From a virus: a DNA stretch of 64,000 bases. The stretch spans positions 1 to 64,000 of the IMG/VR virus record IMGVR_UViG_3300037462_000828. One strand, given 5' to 3'. The translations under genes and the position numbers were made by a program. Position 1 is the first letter of the stretch. The number at the start of each line of letters is the position of its first letter. Under the pieces are notes generated by a model. That model was not told where the DNA came from and ran no database searches. It saw only the letters and a program-made list of their open reading frames with translations. Below, in pieces: positions 19,447 to 29,521 of the stretch.

Positions 19447-19940
19447 TGCCCATGCAAACGATTGCCGAGTTTTGGACTTCGTACGGCGGCGCCGTCGAGG
19501 CGATCGCCGTCTTCGTACTCGTCGCCGCGCTCAACGCCGCCGCGAGCCCCCCGGCCGACGGCAAGGGCGAGAGCACGCTCGTGCTCTTTCTCCGCCACGT
19601 CGGCCCCGACCTGCTCGGTTTCCTGCGCGCGCGCGCGGCGGCCCGGGCGGGGCGCGCGCCGGCGCGGCCCTCGTTCGAGGGGCCCTACCAAGCCCTGCCC
19701 GTCGGCCAAGCGGGCCAGGTTCTCGTTGACCCCGGGACGTGGGTCTACCCGCCCCCGGCGACGCCGCCGCAGCCCATCGGCGTCGACCGAAGCGCCGCCG
19801 CGTTCGACCGCGACGCGCTCTTGCGCAAGACGCTCAACCTGTCGCCCCCGCCGAGCCACGCCGCCGAGGCCGACACGACCGGCGTCGAGTCGCTCGAGGC
19901 CGTGGTCGAGCGCTTCGAGCAGAGCCGGAGGGCGAAGTGA
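19446..19940 (+). CDS. putative holin-like membrane protein
   Basis: N-terminal hydrophobic helix; translationally coupled within the lysis region. Confidence 0.4.
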   Translation: MPMQTIAEFWTSYGGAVEAIAVFVLVAALNAAASPPADGKGESTLVLFLRHVGPDLLGFLRARAAARAGRAPARPSFEGPYQALPVGQAGQVLVDPGTWVYPPPATPPQPIGVDRSAAAFDRDALLRKTLNLSPPPSHAAEADTTGVESLEAVVERFEQSRRAK

Positions 19941-20410
19941 AGCGCGCCCCCCGCCCGGGCCTCGCGCCCCTCGCCGCCCTCTGCCTCGCGCTCGTCGCCG
20001 GCTGCGGGGCGTCGAGCCCGCTTCTCGACCCGTCGACCGCCGCCGCGATGGCCGACGCCAACCGCCAGGCGGCCGGCGCCCTCGACCGGAGCAGCCGCGC
20101 GCTCGAGGGCGCCTACGGCCGGGCCCTCGCCGACGCGGTCGCCCCGTGCCGGGGCGGGGGGCCCGACGCGTGGCCCGCCGAGGCCGCCTGCGCCGCCAAG
20201 GCGGCCGCGCCGGTCGACGCCCGCTATGCCCCCGTCAACGCGGCCCTACGGGCCCTCGTCGCCGCGCAGCACCGGGTCGCCGACGCGGTCGGCGTCTACG
20301 TCGCGTGCCTCAAGGGCGCCGACGCGGTCTGCGCCGCCCGGGCCCTCGCCGCCTACGCGAACGCCTGGGCCGACGTCGCCCCCGCGCTGCCGAAGGGGGC
20401 CGCCAAGTGA
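19937..20410 (+). CDS. lipoprotein, spanin-like candidate
   Basis: GTG start; lipobox VAGC; helical Ala-rich body with 4 further Cys. Confidence 0.55.
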   Translation: MKRAPRPGLAPLAALCLALVAGCGASSPLLDPSTAAAMADANRQAAGALDRSSRALEGAYGRALADAVAPCRGGGPDAWPAEAACAAKAAAPVDARYAPVNAALRALVAAQHRVADAVGVYVACLKGADAVCAARALAAYANAWADVAPALPKGAAK

Positions 20411-20661
20411 GCGCCCCCGCCAACGCCGTCAACGCGGGCGACGTCGCCGCGATCGTCGCCGCGGTCGTTGCCAAGAGTCTCGGCGCCCGGGGGATCGGCG
20501 CGGAGGTGATCGCGGCGGTCGCGCGCGAAGCGGCCGACCTCGTCGAGCGGCTCGGCCGGGGCGACCGGCTCGACGCGATCCTCGGCGACCTCGACCGCGC
20601 CTCGCCCCCCGACCTCGAGGCCGTCAAGGCCCGCGTACTCGCAGCCGTGTTCTCTCGCTAA
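20407..20661 (+). CDS. small helical hypothetical protein
   Basis: GTGA overlap with the lipoprotein gene. Confidence 0.5.
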   Translation: MSAPANAVNAGDVAAIVAAVVAKSLGARGIGAEVIAAVAREAADLVERLGRGDRLDAILGDLDRASPPDLEAVKARVLAAVFSR

Positions 20662-20675
20662 GAGGCAACCGCCCC

Positions 20676-21224
20676 GTGTCGTACCCCTGCCCGACCCCGG
20701 TCCCCGTCGCGTTCCCGCCCCACGTCGCGCTCGATTGGTGCCGGCGCCGGTCGCTCTCGGGGCAAGAGTTTCGCCACCTGCTCTGCGACCCGATGGCGTT
20801 CCCCGACCAACTCGGGCTCGACACGGCGGGCTTTACGTGGTTCGAGCACGGGCTCGTCTTGTACAGCGCGGCGGAGCCGGTCGAGTACCTGCCCGCGCTC
20901 TACGTCCACGAGACGTACCACGTCGCGGCCGAGAACCTCGACAAGCGTATGACGGAGTCGGCCGAGGAGCTCGCCATCTCGGGCACCGACCGGCGGCTCG
21001 CCTACTTGCTCGCGCAAGACGGCTGGTCGATGCCACCGCTCCCGAAGGGCTACGGGGCGCTCGCCAAGCGGGCGCGCGAACGCTACGCCGAGGCGCGCCT
21101 CGCCGCCGCCGTCGCCGACTGCCCGGGCGCGCTCCGGCCCGACGACGCGCCGGGCGACGGGTTTCTCGCGCGCCCCCGCAAGGGCCCGGCGCAAGCGGGG
21201 CGCGGCGGGCGCGGCGCACGCTAA
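20676..21224 (+). CDS. HExxH zincin-like protein
   Basis: YVHETYHV motif with downstream EE. Confidence 0.55.
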   Translation: MSYPCPTPVPVAFPPHVALDWCRRRSLSGQEFRHLLCDPMAFPDQLGLDTAGFTWFEHGLVLYSAAEPVEYLPALYVHETYHVAAENLDKRMTESAEELAISGTDRRLAYLLAQDGWSMPPLPKGYGALAKRARERYAEARLAAAVADCPGALRPDDAPGDGFLARPRKGPAQAGRGGRGAR

Positions 21225-21228
21225 GACC

Positions 21229-22887
21229 ATGCGAAAGTTTCAATGGTCGGACGCCGACGCGACATTCGCCGAAGAGGCGCTTCGGCTCTACCGACACGAC
21301 CGAATCGACGACGCCGTCAAGACGATCGCCGCCGTGCTTCGGTGGCCCGTGACGCTGCAATCGCTCGAGAACGTGTTCCGGCGCCGCGGCAAGCCGACGC
21401 CGCGCAGCCTGACGCGAGGGCCGCGCTTGGGCGACGACTCCGACGACGGAGGCCCGACGCCGCACGAGGGCAGCGAGCTTGGCCGCCGCTACAACGCCGC
21501 GAAGGCGGCCGAGACGACGCGCGCTTTCGAAACGCGCATGGTCGCCGAAGGGACGCTCGCGGCCGACCCGGCGCCCCCGCCCGTCGCCCGGCAAGGCGAC
21601 GCCGTCGCCCTCGGCGCGACCGCCGGGCCGCCGCCGGGCCCTCCCCAGGGACCGCCCCCCGGGCCGATCGTCTTGGCCGTCCGGGGCGACACGGGCGCGA
21701 CGTTCCGCGCGCTCGACGAGTTCGAGGGCCCCCCGACCGAGCCGTCGGCCAAGCACGTGCCGGCGCCGCCCCCGCCGCGCCCGCGCCTCAAGAGCGGCGC
21801 GTTCGACGTCGCCGGCAACCCGGTTGAGGCGCCCTTCGCGCCGCCCGCCGCGGGCCCTGGGCTCGACCCCGAGGCGCAGGCGGTTGTCGACGCCGCCCGC
21901 AAGGCCAAAAAGGGCGGGGCCCGGTCGCTGACCGACCTCTGCGACGAACTCGACCTGAGCCCCCGTCGCCTACGCGACGCCCTCGAGCGGGCGCGCGAGG
22001 CGGGCTCGCCGATTCACGTCGTACACAACCACGTCGCCTTCGCGCTGCGCGAGCCCGACGAGGGAACGATGCGCGTCGTCGACGCCCTCGGCGCCCCGAG
22101 CCCCGTCGTCGGCGAACGCTACACGATCGGGTCGCTCTCGGATCTTCACCTCGGTAGCCGGTACTGCATGAGGGCGCAACTGCGCGACACGGTCGAGTAC
22201 CTCTACCACGAGCGCGGCGTGCGCGTCATCACGAGCAACGGCGACAACCTCGACGGCGACTACAAGCACGGCCGGTTCGAGGTCTCGCACGTCGGGCTCG
22301 AGGCGCAGACCGACGACCTCTACGAGACGATGCCGCAACTCCCGGGGCTCGCCTACTACGCGATCGACGGGAACCACGACGATACGCTCTCCGACGAGTC
22401 GGGGCTCGTCGCCGGCAAGTACGTCGAAATGGAGTTCCGTCGGCGCGGCCGCAACGATTGGCACCACCTCGGGCGCCGAAGCGCCTTCCTGCGCGTGGGT
22501 GGCGTCGTCATCAACCTGTGGCACCCGAAAGGGTCGATCGGCTACTCGACCGACTACAAGCTCTTGAAAAAGATCGAGAGTTACTCCCCCGGGTCGAAGC
22601 CGAATATCCTTCTGACCGGGCACTGGCACCGGTACTGCGTCTGCGAGAGCCGGGGCGTTATCGGGATCGCCTGCCCGACGTTCCAGGCCGGCGGCTCGGC
22701 CTTTGGCAACAGCCTCGTCGGTAACCCCGCGCTCGGCGGGCTCGCCCTCTCGTGGCAACTCACGGCCGAGGGGACGATGCGGCGTTTCGAGAGCGAGCGC
22801 ATCTCGTACTTCGAGCGCGAGCAGATGCGCGACCTCGACGGCCTGACCCACGGGCCGCGCGAAGTGGTCGAGGGCCGGGTCGCCTGA
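21229..22887 (+). CDS. calcineurin-like metallophosphoesterase with long N-terminal Pro-rich/HTH extension
   Basis: SDLHLG, GDNLDG, GNHD, WHP and GHWH motifs. Confidence 0.9.
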   Translation: MRKFQWSDADATFAEEALRLYRHDRIDDAVKTIAAVLRWPVTLQSLENVFRRRGKPTPRSLTRGPRLGDDSDDGGPTPHEGSELGRRYNAAKAAETTRAFETRMVAEGTLAADPAPPPVARQGDAVALGATAGPPPGPPQGPPPGPIVLAVRGDTGATFRALDEFEGPPTEPSAKHVPAPPPPRPRLKSGAFDVAGNPVEAPFAPPAAGPGLDPEAQAVVDAARKAKKGGARSLTDLCDELDLSPRRLRDALERAREAGSPIHVVHNHVAFALREPDEGTMRVVDALGAPSPVVGERYTIGSLSDLHLGSRYCMRAQLRDTVEYLYHERGVRVITSNGDNLDGDYKHGRFEVSHVGLEAQTDDLYETMPQLPGLAYYAIDGNHDDTLSDESGLVAGKYVEMEFRRRGRNDWHHLGRRSAFLRVGGVVINLWHPKGSIGYSTDYKLLKKIESYSPGSKPNILLTGHWHRYCVCESRGVIGIACPTFQAGGSAFGNSLVGNPALGGLALSWQLTAEGTMRRFESERISYFEREQMRDLDGLTHGPREVVEGRVA

Positions 22888-24182
22888 TGGGCCGCTTCGA
22901 GGTCATCGAGGGCCGCGTCGAGGACGTGCTCCCGACTCTCGATGCCGCGTCGTTCGACGCGGTTATATGCGACCCGCCCTACGGCTATACATTCATGGGC
23001 GCCGAATGGGACAAGGGCGTTCCGCCGGCGCCCGTCTGGCGCGAACTCGCGCGCGCCCTTCGCCCCGGCGCGCACGTGCTCGCGGCCGGCGGGACGCGCA
23101 CCTACCACCGGCTCGCGTGCGCCATCGAAGATGGCGGCCTCACGATCCGCGACTGCGTTGGCTACGCGTGGGTCTACTCGACCGGCTTTCCCAAGTCGCT
23201 TGACATCTCGAAGGCGCTCGACAAGGCGGCCGGCGCGAAACGCAGCAAGGTTGTGGGCACGAAGCTAGGCCGACCGGGCATGGCCAGAGACGGCAGCAAT
23301 CAGCGAAGCGGCTTCGACGCGGCCTTCGGCGGACAGGCCAGCGGGACCATGCCGACCGACATCTTGGCACCGGCAACACCCGATGCCGCCGCGTGGCAGG
23401 GCCAAGGCACCGCGCTCGCGCCGGCGTGGGAGCCCTTCGTGCTGGCCATGGCGCCGCTCGAGGGGACCTTCGTCGAGAACGCACGCAAGCACGGCGTCGC
23501 CGGCCTCAACATCGACGGCTCGCGCATTCCAGGCGCACCCGGATTGCCTGGTAACAAAGTCGACGACGCCGTGCCTCGCGATCGTACCGCGATGGCCGGG
23601 CCCATGGGCAATGTCGGCGCTAGCTATCGAGAGGCGGTCGTCGCCGGGGCCATCACGGGCCGCTTCCCGAAAAACCTTATCCTCGACGAAGGAGCCGGCG
23701 CGCTGCTCGACGCGAAGACGGGCGACCGAAAGAGCGGCGCCGTCAAGGGCGGCAAGATGACGCGCGGCAAAGAGGCGGGCGCGCTCGGCGCGTTCGCCGG
23801 CTATGTGCAGCCGAGCATCGGCGCCTCGACGGGCGGCGCATCGAGGTTCTTCTACTGCCCCAAGGCCTCGACGAAGGAGCGGCAAGAGGGCTTGCCCGAT
23901 GGCGTCAAGAACGGGCATCCGACACTAAAGCCAATCGCCCTCTGCCGCTACCTCGCGGGACTGCTCTTGCCGCCCGACACGGGCCGCCCACGCCGCCTGC
24001 TCGTGCCCTTCTCGGGCGCGGGCAGCGAGATGATTGGGGCGCTGCTAGCGGGCTGGGACGAGGTCGTCGGCGTCGAGATGGCGCCCGACTTCGCGGCTAT
24101 CGCCCGCCTTCGCATTGCCCATTGGACGCGCGACGACGCGTCGCCGCCGGCCGCGCAAATCGGCCTGCCCGGAGCCGCATGA
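22887..24182 (+). CDS. DNA N6-adenine/N4-cytosine methyltransferase (beta class)
   Basis: DPPY at the N-terminus; HPTLKP and PFSGAGS at the C-terminus. Confidence 0.92.
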   Translation: MGRFEVIEGRVEDVLPTLDAASFDAVICDPPYGYTFMGAEWDKGVPPAPVWRELARALRPGAHVLAAGGTRTYHRLACAIEDGGLTIRDCVGYAWVYSTGFPKSLDISKALDKAAGAKRSKVVGTKLGRPGMARDGSNQRSGFDAAFGGQASGTMPTDILAPATPDAAAWQGQGTALAPAWEPFVLAMAPLEGTFVENARKHGVAGLNIDGSRIPGAPGLPGNKVDDAVPRDRTAMAGPMGNVGASYREAVVAGAITGRFPKNLILDEGAGALLDAKTGDRKSGAVKGGKMTRGKEAGALGAFAGYVQPSIGASTGGASRFFYCPKASTKERQEGLPDGVKNGHPTLKPIALCRYLAGLLLPPDTGRPRRLLVPFSGAGSEMIGALLAGWDEVVGVEMAPDFAAIARLRIAHWTRDDASPPAAQIGLPGAA

Positions 24183-24907
24183 TCGACCCCCTCTACGTCC
24201 CGCCGACGCGGGTGCGCATCACGCGCCCGGCGCTCGTCGCCTCGTTCGCCGGAGCGGCCGCGGTGCTCTTCGGGCGGCCCGTATCGCGCCCGCTCGTCGA
24301 ACTCGTCGCGGCGCAGGCAGACCACGAGATGGCCGACGACGCCGAGACGCCCGAGGACGACGACGCCTGTTGGGTCTACAACTTCACGGGGCTCAAGCGC
24401 GAGAAGAGCAAAAAGGGCGAGAAGGGCAAGCCCTGGACGACGCTCGGCACGCACGAGGTCGTCAAAGACGAGGACGCCCAAGCGTTTATCGACAAGGGGC
24501 TCGCAACCAAGGCGAAGTTTCCGCACAAGGCGCCCGTCGGCTATCGAGCGGTGTACTTCAAGAACCTCGGGCCCGAGCGCTCGCATCGGGCGACGCACTT
24601 CGCGGCGTTCGGCTCGGCGGCCGAGGGCGCGGTCGCCTCGCTGCTCAAGTACGCGCCGGCCGAGGGCGAGAGGAAGGCGGGCCGGTACGCGACGCCGAAG
24701 GTGCTCGCGGCGCTCTACGCGGGCGACCCAATCGCCTTCGCCAAAGCGCTCAAGCCGCTGTACTACTACACGGCCGACGAGGGCGAATACGGCGCGTCGG
24801 TCGCGAGCCGCTTGCCCCGCGCGCGCGCCGCGGCCGACGCGCTCGATTGGGGCGACCTCGGCGCCGAGACCTTCGGCGACGGACTACTCGCCCGTCTCGA
24901 CGACTAG
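24179..24907 (+). CDS. putative endolysin, GH73/FlgJ-like lysozyme fold
   Basis: AQADHE (catalytic Glu), YNFTGLK, FAAF.S..EG and YYTA motifs in GH73 order. Confidence 0.65.
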   Translation: MIDPLYVPPTRVRITRPALVASFAGAAAVLFGRPVSRPLVELVAAQADHEMADDAETPEDDDACWVYNFTGLKREKSKKGEKGKPWTTLGTHEVVKDEDAQAFIDKGLATKAKFPHKAPVGYRAVYFKNLGPERSHRATHFAAFGSAAEGAVASLLKYAPAEGERKAGRYATPKVLAALYAGDPIAFAKALKPLYYYTADEGEYGASVASRLPRARAAADALDWGDLGAETFGDGLLARLDD

Positions 24908-24932
24908 AGGCCCGGGCCGACGCGCGCTACAC

Positions 24933-24980
24933 CGCCCCGGGCGGCCCCTTGGCGGGGGCTTCCCGGGGCGTTCGTCGTTT
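24933..24980 (+). terminator. hairpin terminator candidate at the convergence of the late (+) and early (-) blocks
   Basis: CGCCCCGGG..GCCCC/GGGGC..CCCGGGGCG stem followed by TTCGTCGTTT. Confidence 0.55.
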
Positions 24981-26956
24981 CAAGGGACCGGGGGCGCAGG
25001 CGCGGGGGGCTCGGCCGCCGGCAGGGGGCCGAACCGAACCCAGCGCCGGGGCCCTACCGTCGACACGCCGGTCGATTCGTAGGCGTACACCCAGCCCTCG
25101 AAGGCGAACTCGCCGGCGTTCGGCGAGAGGTTGTAAAGGCGGTCGCCGGGCAGCGCGTCGGGGAACGCGGTCGGCAGGGCCGCCTCGGCCTTCGGATCGT
25201 AGAGGCCGAGCAGGCGCGGCCCCGACCCGGCGCTCGTGGGCGACGGGGGCGCGGCCGCCTGCGCGCCGACGAGAATGCCGCGGGGGGCGACGGCGAGCCC
25301 CGGGCGCGCGTGCTTGCCGTCGGTGACGCCGAGCGCCGAGGGCTGCGCCGCCGGCGAGTGGAGTTTGAACCCGAAGACCTTGGTCAGCGGGTCGTGCACG
25401 AAAAAGAGCCGCGAGAGGAGCGCCCCGTAGGCGCCGTACGCCTTGCTCTCGAAGAGCCCGAACTGCCTCGCCGCCGACACGTCGCCGTCGGCCCGCGCGG
25501 TCGCGTCGCCGAAGATGCTCGAGGCGCCGTTCGCGCCCGCGATTTCGAACACTTTCTTGGCGACGAAGCGGTTTTGCGCCGTGTAGAGGACCGACGCGCC
25601 GCCCTTCGCGTCGACGAGCGACCCCTCGCCCATGGCCGTGATGACCATCGCGTTGCCGTCGAGGAGCGCCGGCCCCTCTTGGTCGTGCGCGACGACGTAC
25701 TCGGCGCTGTGCTCGGTGTAGCAATCGTCGAAGCGCGCGCGGCTCGGCGCGCCCCCGTTGCCCGTCGCGCGATAGCCCGCGATGTGATTGTTTCGCGTGT
25801 GGCAAGACTCGTAGCGGTTGCCGAGCTTCGAAGCGTCGTAGAAGCCGAACCCGTCGTCGTCGACGCGGCGCCGGCCGTTGACCATGCTGTTGACGCCGCG
25901 CACGACGCACACGTTTGCGTCGCCGCCCGAGATAAAGACGCCGGACAGGCCGCAGTCGCGAACGGTCCCCATCTCGAGCGTTGCCATTGAGGCGTTGCCG
26001 TTCTCGGGCGCGGCGAGCGCGTTGGCAACGATATGCACCCCGTGCCCGGGGAAGCCCCGGACGACGAAGCGGCGCAGGCTCGAGACGCGCTCGAGGTTGA
26101 TGCCGTGGCGGTCGACGGCCTCGGTGTTCGGCCCGACGTACTCGACGGCGAGCCCCTCGAGGTGAAGGCCCCCGACGGTGAGCGTCGTCGGCGCGACGGG
26201 GAACCTCTTGACCTCGATGCCGGCGCAGCCGTGAAAGACGAGCCGCGTCGCGCCGGCTCGGTGGGGCGTGCAGACGCCGGCCATTTCGACCGGGTGGTTG
26301 GCGATGAAGGGCGACCACGCGTGGTAGGCGGCGCGACCCGAGAAATGAATGCGCGCCGGCCGGAGGGGGAACCCTTGCTTGACGCCGGCGGTCAGGATCG
26401 CCATGATCCTGCCGAACGCCGGCGCGAAGTCGAGGTCGGGGTCGCCGAGCACGTCGGCGCGGTCGCGATCGTCGGCGCGCGGGGGGCCGGAGTAGCCGGG
26501 GCGAACGTCGCCGGGCTCCCAGTAGTCGTCGATCAGGAACTCGATCGCGTCCTCGCCGGGGGCGAAGGTCGCGGCGGCCGACATCGGCGCGAAGTAGTTT
26601 CGAATGGTGGCGAACGCGCGGCGGAGGGATAGCACCCCGCCAGCGTGACCGCGCGCGCCGCCGCCCCCGCGCGCGCGGCCTAAGTCGGGCAGCCCCTTCG
26701 GCGCGGGTGCCAAGCCCCCGTAGGCCCAGCCGACGTTGCGCGCGAGGTCGTCGGGATCGTCGCGGCCGTCGATGAGCAGCGCCGCCGCCGAGATCGTCCA
26801 CATGCTCTTGCCGAACTCGGCGATAGCCCCCCACTCCGAAGACAGGCCCCAGCCGTTGCGAGGGGCCGCGACGGCCCAGGCCTTCGCCGCGAAGGCTTCG
26901 CACGCAGCGTGGTTGTCGGCCGCGTAGCGGCAGATCTCTTGCCGGGCGCGGCTCAC
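24980..26956 (-). CDS. right-handed beta-helix (pectate lyase-like/tailspike-like) protein; may start at ATG 26584
   Basis: D.D.APAF...I start of the helix domain and repeated G..I..N/G.F..D/C....N...G rungs. Confidence 0.65.
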   Translation of the reverse strand: MSRARQEICRYAADNHAACEAFAAKAWAVAAPRNGWGLSSEWGAIAEFGKSMWTISAAALLIDGRDDPDDLARNVGWAYGGLAPAPKGLPDLGRARGGGGARGHAGGVLSLRRAFATIRNYFAPMSAAATFAPGEDAIEFLIDDYWEPGDVRPGYSGPPRADDRDRADVLGDPDLDFAPAFGRIMAILTAGVKQGFPLRPARIHFSGRAAYHAWSPFIANHPVEMAGVCTPHRAGATRLVFHGCAGIEVKRFPVAPTTLTVGGLHLEGLAVEYVGPNTEAVDRHGINLERVSSLRRFVVRGFPGHGVHIVANALAAPENGNASMATLEMGTVRDCGLSGVFISGGDANVCVVRGVNSMVNGRRRVDDDGFGFYDASKLGNRYESCHTRNNHIAGYRATGNGGAPSRARFDDCYTEHSAEYVVAHDQEGPALLDGNAMVITAMGEGSLVDAKGGASVLYTAQNRFVAKKVFEIAGANGASSIFGDATARADGDVSAARQFGLFESKAYGAYGALLSRLFFVHDPLTKVFGFKLHSPAAQPSALGVTDGKHARPGLAVAPRGILVGAQAAAPPSPTSAGSGPRLLGLYDPKAEAALPTAFPDALPGDRLYNLSPNAGEFAFEGWVYAYESTGVSTVGPRRWVRFGPLPAAEPPAPAPPVP

Positions 26957-27261
26957 GGCGCGTACCCCGGCAGACCGGCCGCGGCGAGGGCTGTCTCGCC
27001 AAGCGCGCCGAGCCCAGCGCCGCCGACCTCGCGCGCGATGCGCGCCGCGACGAAGGCCTCGAGCGCGCGCGTCTGGCTCCGGTCGTCGTAGACCGCGGCG
27101 AGGTACGACGCCTCGCGCATGGCGCGCCCCGACACGAAGACGCGCGCGAGCACGGGGCCCCAGGCCATCGCGGCGTTGAGCCCGTCAAAGAGCACGTCGC
27201 CATCGGTCGAGATGCGCGCGCCCTTGGGCCAAAGACGAGGGGAAAGAAACGCGGCCCTCAC
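26953..27261 (-). CDS. hypothetical protein
   Basis: GTGA-coupled small ORF in the - strand operon. Confidence 0.5.
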   Translation of the reverse strand: MRAAFLSPRLWPKGARISTDGDVLFDGLNAAMAWGPVLARVFVSGRAMREASYLAAVYDDRSQTRALEAFVAARIAREVGGAGLGALGETALAAAGLPGYAP

Positions 27262-27614
27262 GGCGCCCAGCCCTTCGGGGGCCGACGGAAGTAGGCGAGC
27301 GCGGCGTGCCCCTTGCCGGTCAGCCGGGACCACGACGCGTCGAGCCACCCCGCCTCTCTGGCAAAGATGCGAGCGTTCCAGTCGGCGGCGTCAGCACGCC
27401 CGGACAACCGAGCGGCCGCGCCGCCGCGCCGAGCACGGCGCAGCACGTCGAGAACGTTGGGCCAAGCGGCCTTCGAGCGCGGCACGACGCCCTCGACGAG
27501 GTCGAATACGTCGCGCTCGACGCCGTCGAGCGTTGACCGAAAGGCGCAGGCCGCGCCGAGCCTCCGCGCGCGCTTGCCTGCCTCGGCCCAAACGCGGTCG
27601 CCGACGCCGCTCAT
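27258..27614 (-). CDS. hypothetical protein
   Basis: Coupled overlaps at both ends. Confidence 0.55.
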   Translation of the reverse strand: MSGVGDRVWAEAGKRARRLGAACAFRSTLDGVERDVFDLVEGVVPRSKAAWPNVLDVLRRARRGGAAARLSGRADAADWNARIFAREAGWLDASWSRLTGKGHAALAYFRRPPKGWAP

Positions 27615-27907
27615 GGCTTGCCCGTGTCGGCAAAGGTCGCGTTCTCCGTCCGCTCTCGCTCGGGCAGGATCGCGATACGAAGCCCGAGGCGGGCGTCGGC
27701 GGCGTTCCCAGATGTTAGCATTTTCTCGGCTATCACGAGTTCGCGCGTGAGCCTATCGACCTCGGCGAGCAGCGCCTTGACGTCGGCGATGGCCGTCGAG
27801 GGCATCTCGTCGGCCCAGTGCGTTCCGGCGTCTACCCGACGCGCGTGCGCCCACCTCTTCCTGATGCGTTCGATGTAGAAAAACGTTCGGTCTTTGGGGG
27901 AGGTCAT
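27611..27907 (-). CDS. hypothetical protein (DV.ALLAEV.RL coiled-coil)
   Basis: ATGA overlaps; common phage early-gene motif. Confidence 0.55.
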   Translation of the reverse strand: MTSPKDRTFFYIERIRKRWAHARRVDAGTHWADEMPSTAIADVKALLAEVDRLTRELVIAEKMLTSGNAADARLGLRIAILPERERTENATFADTGKP

Positions 27908-28431
27908 GGCGACACCTGGTAGGGCACGAGGTCGGTCACATATTTTGCCATGAGTGGGTGTTGGGGGGCGCCGGTCTTGGGCGTCACGGCGATGCACTCG
28001 ACGGTCTTGTGGTAGATGGTCGCGATTCGGTCGAAGACAAGACCGCGGCCGTAGACGTTGTTCGCGCCCCAGGCCGCGACGACGCGGCCGGCGCGCGCGA
28101 TGGCCTCGATCAGGTAGCGATCGTTCTCGGGCCCGACGACGTCGACGCCTCGGCGCATCTCGGCGTAGAGCTTTTTCGGGTACGGCGTGACGAGGGCGAA
28201 CATGTTGACGACGACGAACCGGTCGAAGCCGAGCCGGTCGGCGAAGCCGACGCACTTCGTTACGGTCGGGTCGGGCTTGGTCGCGTCGGCTGTCGAAGGG
28301 TTGAGCATCGCGAACACGATCCATCGGCCCTCGTCGGCCGCGCCGGGGCGCGCGCGCCAGAGCTTGTAGCGGTAGCGGCCGCAGGCGCTAAAGGTAGCGC
28401 CGCCGGCCCACGGCGGGGGCTTCGGCTTCAC
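27904..28431 (-). CDS. DUF1643 family protein
   Basis: FS.CG.YRY.L.R, MLNPSTAD...DPT, NMFA, VVAAWG and P.HPL motifs. Confidence 0.9.
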   Translation of the reverse strand: MKPKPPPWAGGATFSACGRYRYKLWRARPGAADEGRWIVFAMLNPSTADATKPDPTVTKCVGFADRLGFDRFVVVNMFALVTPYPKKLYAEMRRGVDVVGPENDRYLIEAIARAGRVVAAWGANNVYGRGLVFDRIATIYHKTVECIAVTPKTGAPQHPLMAKYVTDLVPYQVSP

Positions 28432-28784
28432 GGAGCGCCGCCCTTCTCGGCGTCGACGACGCCGCTGCCTTCGCAGCGCGCGCACGGCTTGCGGTCGTGG
28501 ATGCCCTCGCCCCCGCACGCGGCGCACGGCGCTTCGCCGCGAGCCTTTTTGAGCGCCGTCTCGGCGACGCACCATTCGATGAACGGGGCGCACCGAACCC
28601 ACCCGTCGTGTTCGCTTACCTCGGCGTTTTCTCGGGCGGCTTCGAAGCCGTCGGCAAGGCCTGCCTTGAACACGGCGCGCAGGCCCTCGGCGAGGCGCTC
28701 GGGCTCCGAGAGGCCGGGCTTGCGCACGCGGCCGGCGGCAAAGACGGCGAGCAGTTCGGCGTCGGTTCTCGATTCGGCGGTCAC
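28428..28784 (-). CDS. hypothetical protein with DnaJ-type Zn finger (CxxCxGxG x2)
   Basis: CAACGGEG...CARCEGSG. Confidence 0.6.
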   Translation of the reverse strand: MTAESRTDAELLAVFAAGRVRKPGLSEPERLAEGLRAVFKAGLADGFEAARENAEVSEHDGWVRCAPFIEWCVAETALKKARGEAPCAACGGEGIHDRKPCARCEGSGVVDAEKGGAP

Positions 28785-29272
28785 GCGTCTTCACTCCCGG
28801 GCTGCGCCTCGCCGAGGGCGGCGAATGCCGCCGCCGTCGCGGCCGAGAGGCTATCCCAGTCGTCGGCCTCGGGGTCTTCGTCGACGACGCGGTGGGCGCG
28901 CCGGGCGAGTTCGAGAAGCGGGGCGCGAAGGGGGTTCTCGTCGGGCGGGGCCGCGCGCTCGACGACGCGGCGCCAGCCCGCCTTTTGCGCTTGTAGCAGC
29001 GACGACGCGTCGCCCGGTGGGTTCTCGTACCACGCGTCGCGCTTGACGTAGATCGCTTGCCCCCGGGTCTTGAGCAACTGCATCGCGGCGCCCGCGACCT
29101 CGACGTACGCCGGCACGGGCGACATGTTGATAGCCCGCATAAGGGCCCGAAGGGATTGCCCTTCGCCGGGCTTGAGCGCGGCGAGAAAGTCGGCGGCGAC
29201 GCCCTCGACGTGGGCGTTCCACGCGGCGGTATGGCGCCCCTTCTGGCGCGTCTTGATAGGCGTTTCTTTCAT
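28781..29272 (-). CDS. hypothetical protein (possible winged helix)
   Basis: Coupled ORF with coding-like composition. Confidence 0.5.
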   Translation of the reverse strand: MKETPIKTRQKGRHTAAWNAHVEGVAADFLAALKPGEGQSLRALMRAINMSPVPAYVEVAGAAMQLLKTRGQAIYVKRDAWYENPPGDASSLLQAQKAGWRRVVERAAPPDENPLRAPLLELARRAHRVVDEDPEADDWDSLSAATAAAFAALGEAQPGSEDA

Positions 29273-29521
29273 GTCCTTGGCAACGGCCGGCCCTGGCGAA
29301 CCTTTAGCGGCTTCGCAGCCAGGCGCCGATGGCCACGTCGTGAAGCGTCTTGAGGGCGCCGCGGTAGGCCGTGTCGGGCTCGGCGTGTCGAACGCGGCGC
29401 GGTGGCGGCTCGGGTCGGTCGCGCGCGGCCTCGCTGGCGTAGAAGGTGCGCGACCCGTCGGCGTGCGTGACGGCGAGCCCGTCGCGCGACGGCGCGTCGC
29501 CCGCACCCCGCGTACGGCCCG

